A stretch of DNA of 63,536 bases, filler included, from Choristocarpus tenellus KU-1152 (lineage: Eukaryota > Protista > Phaeophyceae), in the NCBI GenBank assembly GCA_964200185.2. It is 8 parts of 8 records of this genome, joined end to end, with 100 filler letters (N's around TTAATTAATTAA, not from the genome) between each part and the next. Parts side by side here need not be neighbours in the genome. Positions count along the whole stretch, not along the records: positions 53,561 to 57,141 come from CAXNAD020019128.1; positions 57,242 to 63,536 come from CAXNAD020008461.1; 6 more parts are not named here. The stretch is one strand, 5' to 3'. The notes under the pieces are model-generated. The model was not told the DNA's origin. It did not search any database and saw only the letters and a list, made by a program, of their open reading frames with translations. How positions within the stretch are numbered: position 1 is the first letter of the stretch; the number at the start of each line of letters is the position of its first letter. The translations under genes were made by a program, and so were the position numbers. Shown piece after piece: positions 54,760 to 63,536 of the stretch.

Positions 54760-55945
54760 CGCACCTGCTCCAGAGGTCCACACTCTGGCAGCCCATGATG
54801 CCAGGATCACAAGGAGGGCACAACACGATATCACCTGCTTCCTACACAGGATCCGCTTCCACTCTTTCTGGACGCAATTGGCCGCCTTATCTGACAAAGC
54901 AGAACAAGGGAAGGAAAGTTCCATGCTAACCCTGGCCCGCACTGGAGCCAGTGTAGGCAAGGAGTAAATACACGGGTCTCTGCACAACCCTTGGATTCAG
55001 CATGCCAGATCCCTTCTATAGAATTTAGGCTAACTGCCAACAGATCCCTAGGGAGGAGAAGACCCTATCGAACAGGTGCCCAGTGGCTGGGTGCAGGAGA
55101 CAAAATGTGTATACAAGACATGCACATACCTGCCCTAGGGCTAGAGGACAGGTTCGCCAACACACATCAATGGTTAAGCTTCTGGGTCAACTCTGCAAGG
55201 GATTGGGCATCCCTTGCACTATGAAGGACAGTAACCCATTCATAGTGGACAGGAATTTCCGCATGGATCTGGTCTTCCATGCTGGGGTACTTGCGGACTC
55301 CGGATCAGCTCCCTACCAGGACAAACGCCTTCTTCTGGCTCATAGTGTCTGGGGGGGGGTGGCAGCTGTCCATTTGGGGTCAATTTTTTTCCTGTCGCTA
55401 TTTTTGTGTGGTATGGTTTCATACGTTGGATGGATAATGTAAGTGCACTTTTCCTGGTTTTGACCCAAATGGACACCCTGGTCTAGACCCCCTCCCCCCC
55501 CCTCAGATACTTTGGGTCTCTAAATGTTACGTTGTCAGAAGTGCAAGCAGCATCCCACCTACCTCACTCATCCACCAGCAACGGTGTAGCTGCTGCTGCA
55601 GCTGAGGCGCGAAAGCGCTCCCACTATCAGGGCTAGCTTGACCCTCGTAGTCTTAACCTCAACACTTTTGCGGTTGAAAGTTTTTGGGCGCCTCTGTAAG
55701 CAAGCAGAAAGGTTTCTGGATGAGTTGGCTACGCACATGGTAGAGGGGAGAGGGACGGGAAGCTACCGCTGGAAAGGGGCTGCCAAATCCCGTCTACGAC
55801 AGATAGTCTCTGTCGCAACACAAGTACCTCTATCTAGACGTGTTGTGCTTTTTAGGCTGGAGACACCAGGGAGATGTGCGAGGAGGGGTTTGTTAGATTC
55901 TTAGGATCCTTCCCTAGCTCCTCACCCTGGGGTGCAGGACTAAGC
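54760..55945 (+). mobile_element. CRE-like non-LTR retrotransposon 3' remnant (zinc knuckle + restriction-like endonuclease), interrupted by a MITE
   Basis: CPVAGC...RHAHTC...QH, RMDLV...LLL[N/D]VT, AAAAAEARKRSHY, FAVESFGRLCKQAERFLDELA, RLRQIVSVATQ. A second copy of the 3' end lies at ~56920-57141. Confidence 0.75.
55337..55518 (+). mobile_element. MITE family B, intact copy, apparent 3-bp TSD TCT
   Basis: GGCTCATAGTGTCTGGGGGGGGG...CCCCTCAGATACTTTGGGTC. Removing the element plus one TCT restores the host reading RLLLNVTLSEV. Confidence 0.75.
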
Positions 55946-56289
55946 GAAATTGGGGGCATAGTAGGACGACGGTGTGTAGCATAGCCGATAGTGTAATAGT
56001 AAATTGTGGAAAGCATGTTTGTCTGTTGTTATATACCATTATTGCCGTATGTTATATACCGTTACACCGTTGTACCGATTGAGGTTCCTTGTCAAGCATC
56101 CATGATTCCACTGGTGGACCTTTCGTCATAATGAAACCATGGAATCTCTGCACGAGACCAATACCACAGACTTGAGACAATTCGTCATTCAGAGTTGTCA
56201 CACATGGAAGATCCACTTTGTTCTCATGTCTTGACTTGTAGTCATGAGGCCCTTCGTTGAAGATGCTCATAACTCCTCAATTTGCACTT

Positions 56290-56544
56290 GAGCCAAAGTA
56301 TCTTAGACGGTAGAGCCGCGTCCATTTGGGGGTCAAATCCAATGCTACGATCTTGATGTAGTTTTGGCTATCGTGCTAGTTAGGAAGTGTCAATATCTAT
56401 GTTTCGGACACACCTTTTCAAGATGTATACATTTTACCTACTCCTAAACATTTTGAGGTAGAAAATGTCACGAAAAAAAATGTGAAGCAAAGCTCCAAAC
56501 GGACAAACAGAGCAAAACTGGTACCCTCTAAGATACTTTCACTC
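56290..56544 (+). mobile_element. MITE family A, full copy, TSD ACTT
   Basis: ACTT at 56286-56289 and 56545-56548. Confidence 0.92.
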
Positions 56545-59500
56545 ACTTGTCCAACCTTAACCTCATACCCTCAGTTACAGTTCGTCCTTGTTTGTCTGGT
56601 CCGTCTTGCCTGGTGATTCTCTTCACCACCTTTGCCTGAGTGAACCACGCTGCCACAGAATCACACGATTCACAAAATAGATAATAGAAAAATGTCTTTC
56701 ACACTTCCGACAACTGTTACTTTTTTAGGGGTTATTCTGACATTTGAACGGCTTTTCATTGTTTTTTCCCTGACACATCTGGAAAATGTCAGAGGGCATA
56801 ATAGTGTATATTTCACATCATTCCTCACCATACTGCACCATATTTTTTTCGGGTTCACAGTTACCACATTGTATGATGTATTTCACGTCACATGCTACCT
56901 ATTAAGTTTTCGGGATTAGGTAGCTACGCACGCGGCAGGGGGGGGAGGAACTAGAGGCTACACAGCAGGAAAGGGACAGTCAAATCCCATCTACGACAAA
57001 TAGTCTCTGTCACAACACAGTTAGCCCTATCCAGACGGGTCATGTGCTTCAAGCTGGAGAATCCAGGGAGATGGGCAAGGAGGGACTTGTTAGATTTATA
57101 GGATGGCTCCCTAGCCCCTCACCCTGTAGTACAGGACTTAGNNNNNNNNNNNNNNNNNNNNNNNNNNNNNNNNNNNNNNNNNNNNTTAATTAATTAANNN
57201 NNNNNNNNNNNNNNNNNNNNNNNNNNNNNNNNNNNNNNNNNCCACCCACCCTGTCGTTTGCTCATGAGCGACCGGAACACTGGGAGGGGGGGGGGGAGGG
57301 GAGGTCAAGTTACAGTGGGGTAGATGTCTTCTAGCTCAAAGGCACGGGTTGAAGTGGATCATGAAGGGATGTTCTTGGATGATTGTGGAGTGGTGTTGAG
57401 TGGTGTGGGAACTGCTGTGGTGATAGTGACACTCATTGTATCCTTTTCCAGGACAATCCTGTCTCTCCTCCAAGTTCCACTATTTGTGACATGGACATTT
57501 CTCAGGCTTAGTTCGGCGATGCTGTTCCAGCGTTCATTGCATACCACGTGAACAAATGCGCAAGAACAAACACTGTGCCACCCGAATTGCTTCAGGATCT
57601 GTTGAAGCTTCAAGCTCGGGAAACTGGATTGATCAAGTTCCTCGTTCGGATTTTGTCTAACTCCAACGAGACAACCAACGCCTCCGGATAGAAAAGAAAC
57701 GTCACCGAGCTGGAGAAGCAATCCTCACCAGGTCCTCAGCTCAGTCGTCAACGTACTCACCTGTGACAGCCCGTCCGATAGATCAACGTCACAATCCTTG
57801 GATCTTCCACAACATGCAGAGACCCCACCCTGTCTACACCTCATTATCATGTTGATGTACCAGAAAGTAGTGTGTGCCAGTACCCTGGTAGCCAGTGCGA
57901 TGACTCTGAAGGTCACTCGACCCAGTCATGCCTAGGCAACCCAGATGGTACTCGTAGGCCATACCTACACCGTAGAGGGAGAGGTCATGGACATCGTGGT
58001 CGTGAAGTGAAACAGGCACTTCCGGGTCACTATACTCCTCGTCCCTAGGGGTGCCCAGGTGGATTTGACTCCTGTCAATTTGGGAATAAGCATTGTGTCG
58101 TTGAAACTATGGTAGGGAGTGGCCAGCGTCAGAGAATGACATCAGTCACACCACTTGATCCTCAGGCTTCATTTATTGCCTATACGCATGTCACTAAGCA
58201 TTTTTCTTTGCCCTTTGTTCAACACAACCGGTATCATATAATCAAACTTGGTTTAACGGTTCTTTATGCAGATGCCCAACTAAGCCAAAACCTTCATAGT
58301 TTGTTTTGCTCACGAATTCTGGATTTTTATTATGTTTGCTTATTCCTTGTTTGCCATTCCTCTATTCTCTATTCCCCATTTGATGACCAACCAGTGCGAA
58401 TGCCCTTCGTCACTGATTGCCAGCCATCCCCACATTTGATAACCAACCAGTACGAATGCCCTTCGCCTGATTGCCAAGCCATGCCCCACCTTTCAACCCC
58501 ACATAAGTTACCACTCCCCTAAACCCCACAACTGTCATTCAGTAACTTGCAAATGAGAGTTTTCAGACAAAATGTGAGGTTTTGGATGATAATCTCTAGC
58601 GCATTTGCTCTAGAATCATAGGATTTGTTTTTAGCCCCATAATCTGGTGTGTCAATATTAATACATCCTTGACTTAGTCCATATCATTTGTACTAAGTGA
58701 CATGTTTTTCAATATTATACGGAAGACATGGAAACCCTACGAGTAATGAGTTGCATATATTTTCAAGATGTTTTTTTTACTAGCAAACTATGTTTATGTC
58801 ACCTCATTCTTTGGTCAGGAGAAGTACCCGACGTGCATAGCCACCAAGTCCGGGATTGGCGGACTATGGTTGTTGACGTCTCAATCAAATACTTCTAGTT
58901 GGTTATTTTTATCTGTAGGGTAATGGGACTTGAAATACCTATTGTTCTGGATCATATAGAGAATATTCATGATACATAAATTCGGTCTAATATCCCCAAA
59001 ACAAGCTTCGCCACCAGCAAATCTGTCTCTACTGATGACAATGATAGTATTGTAAAACATATAAATACACTTCAACAAGATCATATTTCAAGTGCATACA
59101 TGCAGTAAGCATGTACGCACTTGTAAAGAATTTGTGGGTAGCCTCCTGGTGACCTGGGTGGATGTCGTGTTAAGGCAAGGCATTATAAAGGCACACAGTC
59201 ATTCCTATATGTTGCGGACTCTTGGGCTGGCACACTGATACTATCAACAGTCTCCAAGAATCTGTACGATTCATGCAGCAATGCGTAATGCCAATGCTTG
59301 GTACACAATCATGGTGTTATTGCTCCTTGTTCATGAATGAGGTCATGGTTTCTAGAATTTTCTACTAAAGGGGGCATTTAACAAATATACTGTACAATAC
59401 ACACACCTAAACTCTTTGTTGAAAGGGTAACGACTATATAATGGAGATCTCAATTGTATATGCTGCATGCCCAAATGAGACTGAAGAACCGAGATTATGT

Positions 59501-60283
59501 ACGATCACAACAATGTTGCACTGGGCAAACAAATAACTTATCAGTGATCTGCTGAAAGACCAGCAAGTACCACTCTGCCATCTCTCCTCATATTGCATGT
59601 GTGTGCAGTGCATCAATCTCCATCGATTTTCACATAGCTAAAGAGGTGGAAGAGCTCGACGCACTACTATCTCAACAACGTAGCACTGTTACCATGAACA
59701 AACCCAAAACAGTTACAGGTGTAGGAGACGCACATATATGTATGTTAAAAACAAACAGGACTAAATACAGAACAAAGTCCAACATGGTTTAAGACACTTC
59801 CAAATGAGTGTGACATGAAAGTATACAACAGGCACAACTAACGTGAGAGGAGAATGCGGCACACCCTGCAGAAGGAAGAAATATGACCCATACACATGCA
59901 CTCACATCCATTCTAAGCAAGACCACACACATATTAGTACAGGCCAGAACCTTCAACTACGGGAAGAGCATTAACGTTGTAATAGCCTGCAGCAGCAGCT
60001 AGACAACCCACACAAGTGAACTAGACCAAGTGTTTAATCAAACACAACTCAAAAGTGCTTTGTCCGTGGCAACTGTACTTCCCAAATACTTTCTAGCACC
60101 TCCCCCCCCACTGCTATTGATAGGCCCAAACCCCATGCATTTCTGAAGGTGGTGAGGGCTGTCCAGTATATCCACGTTCCTTATCGTATGCTTTCAGTCC
60201 AAACACAAAACAATAACAAGTAATCTCCCCCAAAACTCCATGCACAAACCTAACCAGAATGCATTCGGTCAAACCACTTCTAC

Positions 60284-63207
60284 CTAAACCTTTTTGACAA
60301 TCTGAACAACATCCTCATCGTTTAGACGGTGATCCTTGCCAGTCTTCTGCGGCTGGTGCTTCACACTAGAACCCCACACCCACGCATACTTGAGGTGTGC
60401 CAGGATACCCTTAGGGTGTAAGCAAGCAAATCAAGGGATTAGGGTTAGGGTTAGGTTTGGGAAAAATGTGAGAGTCAAGTAAATGCGAGATACCCAGAGT
60501 TGCATTTCAAGGGTATGCCCAAAAATATGCACAAAATTCGGATTTTTATTTTATATATATTTTTTGCGACAAACGTATTTTTTTTTTGGAGATCATGAAC
60601 GGATCAACGACCTGTTGTAAGGTGTGTAATAGTGATGCAACTTCAACTCAAAAAAATCTTCAGTCATACAGCTTGTAGTCGAGTATTCGTCTCCTTGCCT
60701 TGTCACCACTAGTACCGTATTTATTCTTGTGTAGTGGAAGAATAATTGTTTCACTCTCACTACTAATGTTACAACAAAATACGTGTGTGGAACGGATCCG
60801 AAGATTCTAAAACTCTGGAAATGAAATCATACCCACTACAATCCATATATATTTTCTGAATGGCGTTGGAAGAGTTTCAAGCAGTAGAGAGATGAATGCC
60901 TCTTGATTAACTCAAAACTGCACCCATAGAAATATGGGCAAATTGCAAGAGACTAAAAAACAGGCTTATGCGGAAAAACAGGCAAAAACTCGGGTACCCC
61001 TTTAATCAACATCGGGGCTCTGATAGAGATGTGGCGATGGGGGTAGGCAGGTTACAAATATCAACATGAGGTGCACTTCAGGTAGATGAATTAATTGGTA
61101 GGAAGGACAGCGTGAAGGACACATGACACGAGTAACACCACTCTTAAAAAAAAATTGTAATCAAGAATACACTCTATTCTATGTATTAAATCACCCCTTC
61201 AATATACATCAGTGGAAACATGGCTGTGAGCAGGTACATGCATTAAGAACAAAAATATCAACGGTATAACTGGAATACATCATAACATTCATTTTTTAGA
61301 GGGGGGGGGGGGTAAAAATATGACGTTACATCGCTTCTCTAACCTCCGATTTCTTCCTGCACAGAAATCAGAAAAATTCCAGATACGAGGGAGGGTCGCC
61401 AACTAAATACCAACAATCAAAAACACCGATAATGTAAGGGGCCGGAGATCGAAACCCTCCAACAAAACGTTGAGAGGTGAGGCATAGCAAACCCCCTCAA
61501 TCTCTCTATCACACCTTGTGTATCCTGTTGCAGAACTGCTCAATCGATGGGTTTGTATCGTGAAGGATGACGGGCTCGTTGTAATCTGGTATCTGACCCT
61601 TGGGCTTGGTGTATATCCGGATCATGTTACAGTAATCCCACACCTTCTCCAACAGCTGGCACGAACAAAACATCCGTCAGTTACAACAGTTACAACCAAA
61701 GGAGCCTCAAAAGGCAAGTGAAATGCACCATCAGAGTAAAGATTCCAGAGTTCTCGACGCAGTACAGCGCTGGGAGGCAATGGATGTATGGTGGCATGGA
61801 TGAGAGCCAACAAGATAAAAGAACTGGAGTCAAGGGGGGTAAGGCAGTGGGGTGTGTGTGCTTGCCTCAGTGTGACAAGGGATGGAAAATCTATTCTTAC
61901 TACATATGGTGATGCAATGAACAGATGACCGTGCCAATTATCATTCGCCTTGCACACATTGGGGGGCGGCCAAGTTGGGGCAAGTGACTTCCAACCTCAC
62001 AGAACAAGAAAGTGGCAAACAGAAAAACTGATATTCAACCTATGACAAACACCAAGACAACGGCATTATCAACCAAAAAAATCCCACGTGGTTTAACTAT
62101 TTGGGTGAAAATCTCCACAAGATCCAAGGGCTTGAGATAAAAAAACATGGGAAAACTAAAAGCAAAACAACCCCCCTACTATCAATCACCCCCCATCATC
62201 CATGCGATCACACTGTTAATATACAATTCACCAGTTTCATCCCGTACACACTCTACTCTACTCTGTACTCTTTGCCCAACCCCCAGCCAATCACTTCACC
62301 CCCCACTCCCCACTTCTGCAACTGCTTACTTACTTACCAATGTAACATTTTCAAAACAAATTAGTGACAGGCAAGATAGCAATACGCCCGTATCGACTAT
62401 TGAAGGAAGTGGTGTGCATGACTAGTGTAGACATAATCAAAGTTAAGTTGGATCGGGCTGCGAGGCGGAAGCAAACTCGGAACAGAACCCCCCAAGAAGA
62501 AGATTGCACCCCACCCGAGCAATTTTTTTTAATAATAAAAAAAAACAAACGAACTATTCACCCGTACAGATAGATGCACTTCCTCATCATGACGTACACG
62601 CAATGGAAAAATGAAAATATGCACATGAAAACACACTTGCATGGTACATGCATTAGAGTAGACGATATCATCACCCCATGAGAGCAACTGGCAAGGTTTA
62701 GCAAACCTGCAAAAAATAAATAAAAATAAACAATTTTTATTTCTTCAGGAACCCCCCCCCCCGCCCCCTCTGTTTTCATGCAGGGCATACGACAGGATAT
62801 AGAGGATACAATGGGGGTCAGCATTTAATCCCCTCAAACCCCTATCTTTCATCTCACCATACCGTACCAATAAATACCACCAACATATATTTTTTTCTCA
62901 AGGCACCCCCTTCTTGATACATCCAACTCCCACATACCAATATAAAGACAATTAACACTACGATGAGATGATGTACACACAGTCATGCATGCGCCTCTGA
63001 CATAAAAGAAAAATAAACGCCGAGAGAAATCAGAGAACAAACTGTATGCATCATTATTCTTCTTCAAAAGATTTAACAAAATAATTGTCCTATCCCTACA
63101 CACACACACACACACATACAAACCTCGTCAATGTTCCAGCCGTGATGAGCAGAAACCACTACATGGTGAGGGATCTGACAGATGATGTCAAGCTCTTCAA
63201 TCGTAAC
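60284..63207 (-). CDS. DRG1: Developmentally regulated GTP-binding protein 1 (Rbg1), last three exons including the TGS domain
   Basis: Exons 63207-63124, 61655-61515 and 60409-60284: [53 protein letters not shown]...[55 protein letters not shown] and SVKH are DRG1-type rather than DRG2-type. Confidence 0.95.
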
Positions 63208-63536
63208 CTTTCACAAACAAACAAACAACCCCCCCCCCCCCACACACAGGAGAGTGAGGGAGTTCATAAATAACGTTCCACGTGAGAGATTTTAGGGTTC
63301 CGAGAATATTCACATTTCTTTTTTCCTTGGGGTTAAACGTTAAGGCAAAATCAGTAAAACCTTCAAATAATAAAAAAAGGAAGCGCATTGGAACTACTGT
63401 CTCAAGGAGCATGTACTGTTCCAGTACTGTTCCAGTACTGTTCCAGTACATAAGACAGTGCGCACATACAGGAACCCTAACCCTATGGATAACCTGCACG
63501 TGGAGCACAAGGTAAGGGAGGGAGGGAGGGAGGGTA

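Overview
Eukaryotic, intron-rich (GT-AG) genomic DNA, most consistent with a photosynthetic stramenopile such as a brown alga (inference). The window is 8 contigs joined by seven artificial 100-bp spacers (44N-TTAATTAATTAA-44N). Exon chains, all phase-checked by hand: ZC3H15/TMA46 (DFRP1; 5' part, -), BUD23 (complete, +), RPL32 (complete, -), a METTL12/CSKMT-like lysine methyltransferase (complete, -), RBM34/NOP12 (3' part, +), an Ariadne-like RING protein (5' part, -), a degenerate multi-EF-hand protein (-), four internal CDC48 exons (-; one GC-AG intron; possibly the periplastid/SELMA paralogue) and DRG1 (3' part, -). The rest is transposon-rich. It holds at least 9 full-length copies of a ~255-bp MITE with GAG...CTC termini and 4-bp TSDs (Sola2-like), a related poly-G MITE, DD39D-type mariner remnants, and Ty3/Gypsy and CRE-like non-LTR fragments. 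Most notable: (1) two MITEs flanking a Gypsy fragment share a single outer TSD, an apparent composite transposon; (2) DRG1 and its partner DFRP1 sit in one window among other ribosome/translation genes; (3) repeats show CpG decay; (4) a ~100-bp-arm hairpin. True gap sizes and contig order are uncertain.
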